Below are positions 54,254 through 64,000 of a stretch of DNA of 64,000 nt, one piece after another. Location of the stretch: assembly GCA_049518795.1 (NCBI GenBank), contig JBEKRK010000001.1, positions 270,477 through 334,476 on the forward strand. The letters run 5' to 3'. Source of the stretch: Sedimentisphaerales bacterium (GTDB taxonomy: Bacteria; Planctomycetota; Phycisphaerae; Sedimentisphaerales; UBA12454). The translations under genes and the position numbers were made by a program. Below the pieces are notes generated by a model. The model searched no databases. It saw only the letters and a list, made by a program, of their open reading frames with translations, and was not told where the DNA came from. Each line of letters begins with the position of its first letter. The first letter of the stretch is position 1.

Positions 54254-54894
54254 ATTTTACTTCGCCTTTTTTCTCTTATTATCTCAATTACCGCCGGCAT
54301 AATTGATATTATGATAATAGCGAGGATAACCAGTGTAAAATTCCGTTTTATAACCGGGATATTCCCGAAGAAATACCCGCCGAAAATAAAAAGTGTTATC
54401 CACAGAACTCCGCCGACGACGTTATACGAGAAAAATCGCAAATAGGTCATTTTACCCACGCCCGCTATAAACGGCGCAAAGGTTCGCACTATCGGCACAA
54501 ACCTGGCCAGCACAATAGTTTTGGCGCCGTATTTTTCATAAAACTGATGTGTGCGCTCTATATGTTCTTTTTTCAAGAACCATTTGCCCTGATGTCTTAA
54601 TATTATATCTCCAAAATATTTTCCGATAGTGTAATTTGCGCTGTCGCCTAATACCGCTGCGGCAGCCAAAATGACAAACAGCCACGCTATTTCGAGCGAA
54701 CCGCCGGCAGCGAATGTTCCCAGTGCAAACAGCAGTGAGTCTCCCGGCAGAAAAGGCGTTACCACTAATCCTGTCTCAGCAAAGATAATGACGAAAAATA
54801 TCAGGTAACACCAAATCCCCCAGATTTGGATGATGTTATTAAGATGTTTGTCTAAATGAAGAACATATTCGATAAGATTCGTTATCAATTCCAT
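54250..54894 (-). CDS. DedA-family membrane protein
   Basis: 214 aa. ETGLVVTPFLPGDSLLF...GDSANYTIGKYFG...RFVPIVRTFAPFIAG. Confidence 0.85.
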   Translation of the reverse strand: MELITNLIEYVLHLDKHLNNIIQIWGIWCYLIFFVIIFAETGLVVTPFLPGDSLLFALGTFAAGGSLEIAWLFVILAAAAVLGDSANYTIGKYFGDIILRHQGKWFLKKEHIERTHQFYEKYGAKTIVLARFVPIVRTFAPFIAGVGKMTYLRFFSYNVVGGVLWITLFIFGGYFFGNIPVIKRNFTLVILAIIIISIMPAVIEIIREKRRSKI

Positions 54895-54948
54895 ATTTAT
54901 ATATCAATAATTTTTTCTTTGTGTCTTAGTGCCTTGGTGGCTGCTAAC

Positions 54949-55021
54949 TGAGGGTGTTGGGATTCGAACCCAAGACCTATGCATTAAAAGTGCATTGCTC
55001 TACCAACTGAGCTACACCCTC
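54949..55021 (-). tRNA. tRNA-Lys (anticodon TTT)
   Basis: Reverse complement: GAGGGTGTAGCTCAGTTGGTAGAGCAATGCACTTTTAATGCATAGGTCTTGGGTTCGAATCCCAACACCCTCA. Anticodon loop CTTTTAA. 7/7 acceptor pairs. Confidence 0.92.
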
Positions 55022-55117
55022 TCATAGATAATCAGGATACTTTACTGCTAAATATGGATATTTGCAACAAAATAAGGGTAAACTTCTGCAGAGCCTGGAG
55101 CGAAAACGACAGGAGAG

Positions 55118-56017
55118 TTATTTCGACAGCAGTATCAGGCACACTCCCGCCAGAATTCCCGCTAGCGCAAATGCCTTTGTGGACAGCCGCAATTCTTTAA
55201 ACAGCAGCCCGCTGGCGAGGAATGAAATAGCGATACAGCTTGCCCGCAGCGTCGATAGCATTGCTATTAACGAACCGTGACAGCTCAGCGCCCTGAAATA
55301 TAGGAAGTCCGCCGCAAGCAGAAAGCCGCCGATTGCAGGTATGCTCCATCGCCATACGAATTTAGTATATTTTTTTTCTGTTGTAGACCGGGACACAAAA
55401 ACCACTGCTCCAAGCACCGGCACAAGATAAATGCAGAACCACACCTGCACCGCGACGGGACTGTATGCTAAAGTCTGGATGAGATATTTATCATACATCG
55501 CGCTCAATGCGCCAAGCAGGGAGGCAAGCAAAATAAATACTATCCATTTATTGTTATAAAATATGATTCCCTCTTTGCTGCCGATTGTCGAAAATCCGTA
55601 ATATGAGCATACCATAAGTCCGAGTCCCGCATACTGCGGTGTTGACGGATGTTCGTGAAACAGGATTACCGCTCCGATGAGCGTCCAAATCAGTCCAATC
55701 GCGCCTAAAGGCGAGGCAATTGAAATAGGCAGATTTTTAAAAGCGTAATAACTGAATACCCACGATGCTGCGACGATTACTGCTTTAAGGAATATATGCA
55801 GATGGCCTGTTGTCGATAGCGCGGGTATGAAAATCTGGCTCGGCAGAATCTCCGGCCAGAATCTGGACATTATTATCGCCGGCAGCACCAACAAACCGGC
55901 AAAAGCTGTTGACAGAAACAAAACAGGCAGGACCGCATTTTGCTGTAATGCGTGTTTTCTGCTTATATCATACATTCCGAGAAATATAGCGGAAAATATA
56001 CCTAAATAAATCCACAT
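55118..56017 (-). CDS. EamA/DMT-family transporter
   Basis: 299 aa, ~10 TM segments in a two-repeat arrangement. Confidence 0.7.
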   Translation of the reverse strand: MWIYLGIFSAIFLGMYDISRKHALQQNAVLPVLFLSTAFAGLLVLPAIIMSRFWPEILPSQIFIPALSTTGHLHIFLKAVIVAASWVFSYYAFKNLPISIASPLGAIGLIWTLIGAVILFHEHPSTPQYAGLGLMVCSYYGFSTIGSKEGIIFYNNKWIVFILLASLLGALSAMYDKYLIQTLAYSPVAVQVWFCIYLVPVLGAVVFVSRSTTEKKYTKFVWRWSIPAIGGFLLAADFLYFRALSCHGSLIAMLSTLRASCIAISFLASGLLFKELRLSTKAFALAGILAGVCLILLSK

Positions 56018-56127
56018 AGACTTGTTCGCCTCCGGCGAGACTTGTTAACCTTATATCGGCACTAAGGAATGGAAAAGGAAAATATGATACCCGTTTTTTC
56101 TCTTTTTGCAAGGGAATTCGCGGATTT

Positions 56128-56427
56128 TTAAAATACCAGTCGTTTAATCACTATAAACGGCAGGGCAAGAAAGAGAAACAGTATTATCATTGTTGGCAGC
56201 ACTAATGGCAGGGCGATTAACCCTAATATTAACAGCAGGATACAAACGACAGCCCCAGCTGGAAGCAGAATCGCTAAAAATGCCGGCAGGAATAATAATG
56301 ATAATATTATTCCCAGAAAACCGAATAGAAGATTAAAGACAAGTTTTATCGCAAAAAATGCTATTTTAACAAATATTGCTGCTCCCAAAAGCAGCATCAG
56401 CATCAAAATAAATAATGTTGTCGCCAT
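56128..56427 (-). CDS. small very hydrophobic membrane protein
   Basis: 99 aa, almost entirely L/I/F/A. Confidence 0.4.
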   Translation of the reverse strand: MATTLFILMLMLLLGAAIFVKIAFFAIKLVFNLLFGFLGIILSLLFLPAFLAILLPAGAVVCILLLILGLIALPLVLPTMIILFLFLALPFIVIKRLVF

Positions 56428-56645
56428 AATATTTACCCTGCAAATTATTTAGAATAAATATAGCTTATTTTTAATATTATGTCAAACATAATTAGCAGGG
56501 GTTGCTTGCCCCGTGAGATGCCGCTTCGGCTATCTCATTCGGGGTCTAATTTGTCATACCAATTAAGTTTCATAAAGATGGACGTGATGATGACCGTCGC
56601 GTCTATTGATATAAGCATTGTCCGGACTTTCTTTTTTCGTTTTTT

Positions 56646-58505
56646 TCAGTGCAAAGTCGCTACCCTGAGGTTCTCTTTTTCCTTGCTTTCCATCTCTGCA
56701 GCGATGTCCTTTGGCCACGATTCCAACTTGTTAAACCAGTTCTTCTTGAGGAATATCGAAGTTGCCGCCAGCACCGCAGCCGAAATCGCCATTGCCCCCA
56801 ATTCCCGGATAATAATGTAAATAGGTATAGTTACCAGACTTATCTGCCATACCGTACCAACAACCACATTGACCATGTCCCGTTTGAAATTTTTGTTCCG
56901 CTCAAAATTAGGCTCCCGCTGCCTGATACCTTCATACACCGGCCGCCAGAATCCCCAGGGCCTAACCTGTCGGTAAAACTTTTCCAATACCTCTTTCTCT
57001 TCCGGCTTAGTCAGCAAGCTAACGATGATAGAAGCTGCTGCACTCAAAACTAAAATTATGGGAAAGCTGTTAAGAGGCGATACTTGTGGCATTATCTTCG
57101 GCAGCACAAGTGCCGCCCCGATACCCGTAATCATGCCGGCAAAATATCCCTGGCCGTTAAATCGCCACCAATACCACTTCAGCACATTCGGCGCAATATA
57201 CCCACCGTAAAGCCCCGCCACGATCCACTGTAATACCGAGTTAATCGACTCGGTAATGAAACCAAACCCAATGCCAACAATTACTACCAGTATCGAGCAG
57301 GCATAACTCATACGGACGTATTTCTGCTGGCTGGCATGCGGATTGATGTAACGCTTATAAATATCGTTAACTATGTATGCCGCCCCCGCATTCGTCGTTG
57401 AATTAAAAGTGCTCATAAACGCGGCAAAAAGGCCCGCCAGCACCATTCCCATCACGCCTACCGGGAAGAAATTATTTATCACCAAAGGCAATATCCGCTC
57501 AAAATCCACTGAACTTCCCATTGCCTTAAGGTCAGGCTGGTAATAGACCAGCGCCAGAACCGTTACCCCAGCCACCATCATATATCGCGGCATAAACAAC
57601 ACCACCGACACAAACCAATTCATCAACGCTGCCTGTTTTGGAGTCTTGTTTGCCAACACCCGCTGCATATCGTAATTCGGGCATGGCCCAGCCGCCGCAG
57701 CCAGCACTCCTTTAAAAAGCATCATCATAAAAAATATCGTAAATAAGGACCAGCCATCCTTTTGTATCGCGTTATTTACCGCATCGAGTCTTCCTGTCCA
57801 ATCTATGCCGACTTTCCATCCGAAAAATATATTCGTCCAGCCATTCGGCACGGCGGCGACGATTTGTGCGTGGCTTGTCCGCATCATTGCTATAATGCCG
57901 ATAATGATTGACACTGTTACCGTCAGGAAGAATTGCAGCAAGTCTGTAATTACCACGCTAGTCATTCCGCCGATAATGACGTAGCAGGCGGCCAATGCCA
58001 TAATTATAGTTGCATAAGTATTAGGATGCAGGTTCCAGGGCAAAAATACCGCGGCAAATTTACCGATACCCTGAAAAGCGTAAGCCGAAAATCCTACTAC
58101 GCTTACCAGTGCAAAAATTACCACGCTGATATATGACAGTTCAGCTCCCTTTCCTAAGCCGAACCGCGTCTGAATCCATTCGGCACCTGTGAGTACGTTT
58201 GAACGCCGAAGCCATATAGACAGAAAGACCATCATAAAGACCTGATTAAAAGTCGGCCAGAGCCACGGTATCCATACGCTTTTGAGGCCGTACACAAACA
58301 GCAGATACACCAGCCACATTGTGCCGGATATATCGAACATTCCCGATGCATCAGACAATCCCAGTACCCACCATGGCAGGCGCTTACCACCCAGAAAATA
58401 CGAATCAAGATTTTTAGACGCACGTTTGGCTACCCAGAAACCCGTAATGATCATCAGCACCAGGTAGCCGAACATAATACCGATATCAATGACATGAATT
58501 TTCAT
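56646..58505 (-). CDS. sodium:solute symporter family transporter
   Basis: 619 aa, ~14 TM segments. N-terminal ...YFLGGKRLPWWVLGLSDASGMFD is typical of SSF. Confidence 0.8.
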   Translation of the reverse strand: MKIHVIDIGIMFGYLVLMIITGFWVAKRASKNLDSYFLGGKRLPWWVLGLSDASGMFDISGTMWLVYLLFVYGLKSVWIPWLWPTFNQVFMMVFLSIWLRRSNVLTGAEWIQTRFGLGKGAELSYISVVIFALVSVVGFSAYAFQGIGKFAAVFLPWNLHPNTYATIIMALAACYVIIGGMTSVVITDLLQFFLTVTVSIIIGIIAMMRTSHAQIVAAVPNGWTNIFFGWKVGIDWTGRLDAVNNAIQKDGWSLFTIFFMMMLFKGVLAAAAGPCPNYDMQRVLANKTPKQAALMNWFVSVVLFMPRYMMVAGVTVLALVYYQPDLKAMGSSVDFERILPLVINNFFPVGVMGMVLAGLFAAFMSTFNSTTNAGAAYIVNDIYKRYINPHASQQKYVRMSYACSILVVIVGIGFGFITESINSVLQWIVAGLYGGYIAPNVLKWYWWRFNGQGYFAGMITGIGAALVLPKIMPQVSPLNSFPIILVLSAAASIIVSLLTKPEEKEVLEKFYRQVRPWGFWRPVYEGIRQREPNFERNKNFKRDMVNVVVGTVWQISLVTIPIYIIIRELGAMAISAAVLAATSIFLKKNWFNKLESWPKDIAAEMESKEKENLRVATLH

Positions 58506-58557
58506 AAGTTTATACCTTCAAAAAGGTTAGTGTCGATTGGATGAATGTGAATGTTCA

Positions 58558-61440
58558 TTATCTGTCCTTTCCATACCATTGTCGAATAAGCTGTTCGGCA
58601 GGTTTGCCGTAAACGCCGAAACCTATATTTTTATCAGCTTCCTGCAAATTATACAAGTGCGACGACCATTCCCACCAGGCAAAACCGATAAACCACGGCT
58701 CATTCCAAAAGGTCTCTATTGTGGCCTGGTAGTATCGTTTCTGCTCGTCGCCATCATAAATCATATTCGGCTCTTCGTGCGTCCACGGCGCAGCAGAACA
58801 GCCTTTTGCGCTGCATACGCCAAGCTCGATAAAAAGCATCGGCCGGTCGAATTTTTCGCTGATTTTTTCCAGCCTTTCCTTAATCGGCTTCCATCGGCGT
58901 TTGAGGGCCTCAACAGAACTATCCGACGGCGGGACTTTACTGAGGTCATCCTTGAGGGCTATCAGAACATCATCCGTTCCGACCGGATAATATGCGCTTA
59001 TACTGATTACATCCAGCGCGTCAAACCAATTTACCTTGTCTTCTCTGCCGTGATTGACATCGTAGGTTATAACGCCGCCGTAAATTTGCCGGATTTCTGC
59101 GATGAGATTTCGCCACCGCCATTCAAAATCTTCCGTTGAAATCATTTCACAGCCGAGACAGAGCATTTCGCAGTTTGTTTCCTCGGCGATTTTGGCGTAA
59201 TGTAGCAGAAAGAGCCGAAAATCGCTCCACCATTTGTCCCACGCCTGCATATCGGTTTTGCCGGTCTTTGTTTGAAACTTAATCCACGCCCGCCAGGTGC
59301 CGTCATAAACATTTACGACAGGTTTGAGAATAACCTTGAGATTATTATCACGTGCAAGTTGAATCGCCCGGCGGATTTCATCGTCTGTTACCATTCGCTT
59401 ATAGGAGTCGCCCCAAAAAATCTGCGGCTGATTGGGCGTTGCCATTTCTGCACCGAAAGATATGCAGACCCAGTTTGAGCCGGTATCGGCAAGTTTTTTC
59501 ATTGAGTCGGCCGGGGCATCGCCGAGATATTGGCCCCGCCAGCCGCTCCAGCCCCAGCTAAACCCTTTGACGAAACCGATAGGCGAATTTGTATGGCTGA
59601 ATTTTGATTGCTGTTTGCCGTATTTTATTTCCACTCGTGAAATCTGAGCTTTTGAAGTGTATTCGATTTTCAGATACTTATAATTTTCCGGCGAAACAAC
59701 GCCGCTGTAAAGCACCGGCCTGTAATATTCGTAATTTTCTTTGCCTGCGTAGTAGTCTTTATATTCGTATTTTATCGCCTTGAATTTTTTGCCGTCCTCC
59801 GAAGCGGAAAATTTGAAATGATGAATACTGTCGGGGAAAAACGCATATAATTTCCAGGAAAATACAGGCTCATTTACGCAATAGACTATTGATGCGCCAT
59901 TATCGCCAGCAAGCCTGTGAGTGTCTTCCTTGAACTTGCGGGCCTGGTTTGTTTCAAGAGATACCTTGCCTTTATAACTGTCAATCAGACTTAAATCCTG
60001 CATTTCATCGACGAGCGTCCGGCAAAATGCGTAAACAGGCCCAACGACATTGGAAGGTTCAGAAACACCGGCGGCGTTTTTTGCTCTGACGCGATAGTAG
60101 TATTTTATGTTCGGCTGTGCCGTAGTATCCGCGAATAACGGACGGTATTGAACCACGGTATCCGATATGTCGTTTCCGCAAATAATCCAGGGACCGTCTT
60201 TATCGGAGGCGCGTTCGACAATATAACTTTGAGCGCCTGTGCTTCCCTGCCAGGATATTTGCGAATTGTCTGTTATATCTAATAGCAGGGGAACATCGGG
60301 TTTTTCAATGGGCGGCACTTTAATATTTCTAATTTCAAAGGCTTTATTTCGCATCAGGGTCATCAGATTTTTTTCGTCATAAGCATTACCTGAATCAAAT
60401 CCCGGCCAGTGATACGCCTTGAACAAATCGCCGCCGGCAGGCTCGCTGTGCCAGTAAAAGCCGCCGTCGCGATTGTGAAAACGAAGCGACCATATTAACG
60501 CTCCGGCCGCATTCTGCTCGATAACGGCATTTAAAATCGTCTCGACGTCTTTAGTTGGGACAAAGCCGAATTCGCCGATGAAGTATGGTTTTTTGCCGCG
60601 GCTCATCTTGGTATTCTGTTTTATCTGTGAAATAGTATCCTGCGGATTTTTCGCGTAGTGATGTGTCGTAACAATATCTATATTCTTATCTTCGAGCGAT
60701 TGAGGCCGAAGCAAAGTGCTGTGAAAGCCGTCGATAACGAGATGGTTTTTGTCGATGCTTTTTATAAAAGCGGCGGCCTTGGCTGTCCATTCGGCAGGGC
60801 AGGTCAGCTCATTTCCTGTTTCCCACGCGAGAATCGCCTTGTCGTCTTTGTATTTTATGCCGGTGATAGTATTAGTGCGGTTAATTACGAAACTGACTAT
60901 CTGCTTGTAATCTTCGAACAATTGCGCATCAGTCCAGAAGTCCTGCTCTTTTTTGTCCCTGAACTCAGCAACGGCTTTTATTCCTCCCCACCATTTCCAG
61001 TTGTCAATAAACGGTATGATAACGCGGATTCCTTTTTGATTGGCGACAGCAAGAATGCGGTCGAGAGGCTCGAAAGCCTTTTCGTCGAACTGTCCCGGCC
61101 CCGTTATATGCCTCGGTATGCAGGGGTCTTCGCCTTTTATGCGGAGCGAAAGCGAATATGTCCGCACAACTTTGCCGCCCATCTGGCGAATTGTCTCGAG
61201 CGCATCGTTAATTTCATATTCATTAGACAGCCGCCAGGGACTGGTTTGCTCAAAAGCCATATTGTCTTCGTTATAGTGCAGGCAGGGGATATTAAAACTG
61301 GTAAACCTGAGTTCGCCATTTTCATCCATCAGTTTATCATCGTGACGATAGACAAAACTTTTAAAGACGCTGCTGCTGTCGGCAGCGAAAACGGCAGTTA
61401 TACAGAACAGGATAATCAGCGCCAGAATACTTTTTTTCAT
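58558..61440 (-). CDS. secreted multidomain glycoside hydrolase (GH5-like clan GH-A barrel + Fn3 + beta-sandwich + second TIM-barrel-like domain)
   Basis: 960 aa. Signal peptide. LAWETGNEL (acid/base NE) and YFIGEFGF (nucleophile E). Fn3 segment (SWQGSTGAQSYIVERA...YYYRVRAKNAAGVSEPS). The C-terminal ~330 aa have a barrel-like pattern (LKVILKPVVNV..., MLFIELGVCS). Confidence 0.65.
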   Translation of the reverse strand: MKKSILALIILFCITAVFAADSSSVFKSFVYRHDDKLMDENGELRFTSFNIPCLHYNEDNMAFEQTSPWRLSNEYEINDALETIRQMGGKVVRTYSLSLRIKGEDPCIPRHITGPGQFDEKAFEPLDRILAVANQKGIRVIIPFIDNWKWWGGIKAVAEFRDKKEQDFWTDAQLFEDYKQIVSFVINRTNTITGIKYKDDKAILAWETGNELTCPAEWTAKAAAFIKSIDKNHLVIDGFHSTLLRPQSLEDKNIDIVTTHHYAKNPQDTISQIKQNTKMSRGKKPYFIGEFGFVPTKDVETILNAVIEQNAAGALIWSLRFHNRDGGFYWHSEPAGGDLFKAYHWPGFDSGNAYDEKNLMTLMRNKAFEIRNIKVPPIEKPDVPLLLDITDNSQISWQGSTGAQSYIVERASDKDGPWIICGNDISDTVVQYRPLFADTTAQPNIKYYYRVRAKNAAGVSEPSNVVGPVYAFCRTLVDEMQDLSLIDSYKGKVSLETNQARKFKEDTHRLAGDNGASIVYCVNEPVFSWKLYAFFPDSIHHFKFSASEDGKKFKAIKYEYKDYYAGKENYEYYRPVLYSGVVSPENYKYLKIEYTSKAQISRVEIKYGKQQSKFSHTNSPIGFVKGFSWGWSGWRGQYLGDAPADSMKKLADTGSNWVCISFGAEMATPNQPQIFWGDSYKRMVTDDEIRRAIQLARDNNLKVILKPVVNVYDGTWRAWIKFQTKTGKTDMQAWDKWWSDFRLFLLHYAKIAEETNCEMLCLGCEMISTEDFEWRWRNLIAEIRQIYGGVITYDVNHGREDKVNWFDALDVISISAYYPVGTDDVLIALKDDLSKVPPSDSSVEALKRRWKPIKERLEKISEKFDRPMLFIELGVCSAKGCSAAPWTHEEPNMIYDGDEQKRYYQATIETFWNEPWFIGFAWWEWSSHLYNLQEADKNIGFGVYGKPAEQLIRQWYGKDR

Positions 61441-61522
61441 TTTTTGCCCTTATTTATTTTACTGTTATCAACTCTGACTCTTTTTTATATATGTTGTTTA
61501 AAGACCAACCGGCTTCTCCATA

Positions 61523-64000
61523 CTATTGAGTGACAAAAGCAATCTCCGCCCAATAGGCTGCTTCATAAGACCATCCTGTCGGCTGGTTCACCACTTCCAC
61601 ATTCAATGGTTTGCCGGCATAAGCGGACAGGTCGAGTTCCTCAGTCAGCCACCCATCTTTTGCAGTCTGGCTGCTGACCGGTTTGCGGAGGAGCTGCCTG
61701 CCGTTGGCGCGAACAATCAAATCGAAGTCCCCCTGCGGGTCATTGCCGACTACTATTCGCAGCGTTATCTTTTTGCCTGCGGGCGGCATGAGCTTTCTGC
61801 TCAGCACGCACCCCGTGTCAGGGTCTAAAGGATGGGTTACCAGGACATTCTTTCTGCCTCTGTATTCGGCACGCAGGCCCGGGTTCATATCCGTGCCGCA
61901 ATCAGCGATTTTCCAGCCGGGGGCAAATTTAGCCACTGCCTTAGGCATATGTTCCGGCAAATTTCGCCTGGTAATCTGTTTCTTTTCGGCTTCGGTGAAG
62001 CGGCTGTCGGCGATAGGCTCAGGCGCCCAACTCAGCTGGAGTCTGCTCGGCACGACAGGGCGGACAGGAATAACAAAGACTTCCTGACCATCGGTGTCTT
62101 TTTCCACTTTTCCGCCGGCGTTGGCGATGACCTGCCGGGCCAGTTTTTCGCAAACGTTAATCAGGGCGGGAAAGCTGTAAGCCGTGTTGCTGAAGATAGT
62201 TTTTTTATTGAGCTGCTCCGTAAAATGCTCCGGCAGCCCGGAAAAACCCACCGTCGTGAAAATTACTCCCGCGGCACTCGAAGGATCGCAATCCGAATCC
62301 TGGCCGCATCTGCAGGCGATGGTCATAGTCTGGTCAAGATCCCCTTTGCCATAGAGCAGCCCCATCAGCACATACGCGCCATTGATTTTGCAATCGATGC
62401 CGCCGTTGGAAGCTTTTTGGTATTCCGGGTTCTCGCGATATTTCTTCTGCGCTAAATGCCAGGTCTTTTCCCAATCGTCCGGATTTGCCTGATACCACGC
62501 GAGCATATCGCGCACCATTTCCGCATATTGGCTGCCGGCGGGGATGGCTTTGAGTGCGGATTCGATAATTTTGACGGGGTCTGTTTCAAAAAACGCCGCT
62601 GAATACATCGCGCCTATGAATTGGCCAGCATACATTCCATCCCCATAATTCATCAATCGGCCGAACTTCTCACCCATAACGACAGCATTCTGCGGCAGGC
62701 CCGGCGCAATTAAGCCAGAGTAATCCGCTTCGATTTGGTAGTCAATGTCGTCGGGGCACCTGTTGAATTTGGGGTGGCTGGAATCCGGCGGGGCGATGCC
62801 CCTGCGAAGATTTGTCCGGCCCGCATTGTTGGCACACCAAAGCGGATATCCGCTGTTGGCAAAATCGATTCCTGCCTGCCGGATGGAAACGCCTATGCCA
62901 TATTGCTCCAGCGTCCTCAGGAAAGTCATTTCCACATACAGGTCATCCTGCGCAAAAGCGTCATTAATCAACTTTGGCTTCCATTTCGGCATCGCGTCGG
63001 CAGGGATGATTTTGTCTGCGAACTTGAATTCTGTCGGCGCGCCGAAAGAGACCCCTGCCATCTGGCCGACCCAGCCGGCCATCATTTTGTCGCGATATGT
63101 TTTCACGGATATTTTTTTGAAGTTTTGGGTATTTTGTGTGAGGCCTGCATTTGCCGGCGGCACAGGTAGGGAGGTATCATTGTTATCAACTCCATCGTTC
63201 CATTTTAGCGTAGCCAGATATACGCCGCCCTGACCCCAGCCGCAATGGCTTATAAACCAATTGCCATCTGTATCGCGGAGGACTTCCGCGGCGTGGGAAT
63301 TAATTTTTGCGACGAGATTTTTATTTTTGAATTCGAAGGGATTTTCGCTTCTATAAACGCAGGTTCCCCTGTAATTATCTCGCGGGCCGATGAACAGATA
63401 ATAATATTTGCCTCTGCGTATCACAGTAGGCGATTCTGTCGGGCCGCCCCAGGTGCTGACGCAGGGGTCAGTGAAAACTATTTTTTTATCTTTCCAGTGA
63501 ATAAGGTCTGTGCTTGTAACCGCCGCGACAATGTGATTTCCGCCGGTGGGCTTGCTCGTTGCGGTATAATACATTATCCATTTATCGTTGAGACGGAGGA
63601 TATAAGGGTCGCGGGCATCGAAACCATCCACAACCATCGGGTTAGCCGGGTGCCGCTGCCAGTCGTAAAGATTTTTGGATGTCGCAAGGTGAATCTTGTA
63701 TTTGCTGTGGTTTTTATCGCCGGCGCAGTAATACATATAATATAAGCCGTTATGAAATATCACATCCGGCGCCCAGAGATGCTCTTCGTGCCAGTTTGGG
63801 TCAGTTGAAAGGGCGAATGGCTCTTTTTTCCAGGGGCTTTGAGTAAGTTTCGCCGCTGTCGCGTGTGCGAAATTGTCCTCATCTATCGGGTTGGCCGGCT
63901 CCTGATGTGTTATGCCGAAGAGATGCCAGGTACCTTTTGTGTCGTAAATAAAGCAATGGTCGTTGATATACCATTTTTCCTTTTCGCCGACACTGGGGTC
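61523..64000 (-). CDS. GH43-like beta-propeller + ADP-ribosylglycohydrolase-family domain + C-terminal beta-sandwich fusion (5' end beyond window)
   Basis: The frame stays open from 63763 to the window edge. My hand translation is DPSVGEKEKWYINDHCFIYDTKGTWHLFGITH...HLWAPDVIFHNGLYYMYY. Propeller blocks: DARDPYILRLNDKWIMYY and GPTESPTVIRRGKYYYLF. ARH-like block: DDLYVEMTFL...DDIDYQIEADYSGLIAPG...YGDGMYAGQF. Confidence 0.65.
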   Translation of the reverse strand, partial: DPSVGEKEKWYINDHCFIYDTKGTWHLFGITHQEPANPIDEDNFAHATAAKLTQSPWKKEPFALSTDPNWHEEHLWAPDVIFHNGLYYMYYCAGDKNHSKYKIHLATSKNLYDWQRHPANPMVVDGFDARDPYILRLNDKWIMYYTATSKPTGGNHIVAAVTSTDLIHWKDKKIVFTDPCVSTWGGPTESPTVIRRGKYYYLFIGPRDNYRGTCVYRSENPFEFKNKNLVAKINSHAAEVLRDTDGNWFISHCGWGQGGVYLATLKWNDGVDNNDTSLPVPPANAGLTQNTQNFKKISVKTYRDKMMAGWVGQMAGVSFGAPTEFKFADKIIPADAMPKWKPKLINDAFAQDDLYVEMTFLRTLEQYGIGVSIRQAGIDFANSGYPLWCANNAGRTNLRRGIAPPDSSHPKFNRCPDDIDYQIEADYSGLIAPGLPQNAVVMGEKFGRLMNYGDGMYAGQFIGAMYSAAFFETDPVKIIESALKAIPAGSQYAEMVRDMLAWYQANPDDWEKTWHLAQKKYRENPEYQKASNGGIDCKINGAYVLMGLLYGKGDLDQTMTIACRCGQDSDCDPSSAAGVIFTTVGFSGLPEHFTEQLNKKTIFSNTAYSFPALINVCEKLARQVIANAGGKVEKDTDGQEVFVIPVRPVVPSRLQLSWAPEPIADSRFTEAEKKQITRRNLPEHMPKAVAKFAPGWKIADCGTDMNPGLRAEYRGRKNVLVTHPLDPDTGCVLSRKLMPPAGKKITLRIVVGNDPQGDFDLIVRANGRQLLRKPVSSQTAKDGWLTEELDLSAYAGKPLNVEVVNQPTGWSYEAAYWAEIAFVTQ

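Noticed and set aside
58537-61533. Plus-strand ORFs 58537..59139 (200 aa) and 60658..61533 (291 aa).
   Set aside because: They are antisense to the 960-aa glycoside hydrolase, which has clear catalytic motifs. They show no independent signals.

Overview
This is a 64-kb bacterial chromosomal segment. The pilin N-termini, a TMTC-like TPR membrane protein and a glycan-utilisation tail suggest a PVC/Planctomycetota-like organism, but that is inference only. Most of the window is housekeeping: argS, rsfS, hppA, argJ, argC, rpsI-rplM, class II RNR nrdJ, uvrC, ribD, ligA, ndk, maf, cspA, yggS, and three tRNAs (Ser-GCT, Phe-GAA, Lys-TTT).

A large type II secretion / type IV pilus-like cluster spans 6.7-19.2 kb. 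It has two tandem pilin paralogues, an internally deleted 'mini-pilin', a PilM/N-like fusion, PilO/PilP-like proteins, the ATPase, the platform protein, an embedded PilZ protein, the secretin and four minor pseudopilins.

The accessory or unusual parts are:
1. An AT-rich islet at the left edge next to tRNA-Ser. It carries a DUF262 + HEPN + Zn-ribbon-HEPN three-gene operon, my best candidate for an undescribed defence system.
2. An intergenic locus at 27.07-27.36 kb. A perfect TTGACA-N17-TATAAT promoter drives three repeated hairpin modules, each with a C6 loop, ending in a T-run. I read this as a candidate anti-G-tract/anti-SD sRNA.
3. A ~230-nt rplM leader behind a near-consensus promoter. 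It has five copies of a self-complementary 11-nt motif, and one copy overlaps the start codon.
4. A full-length Topo VI A/Spo11 homologue with no B subunit nearby.
5. An HNH-AP2 gene split by a single in-frame TAG inside the pilin locus.
6. A hicAB cassette bracketed by ~70-bp direct repeats.
7. A brnTA + GIY-YIG + C-N hydrolase islet splitting argJ from argC.
8. Several intergenic repeat families.

All functional calls rest on motifs read by eye. No searches were run.
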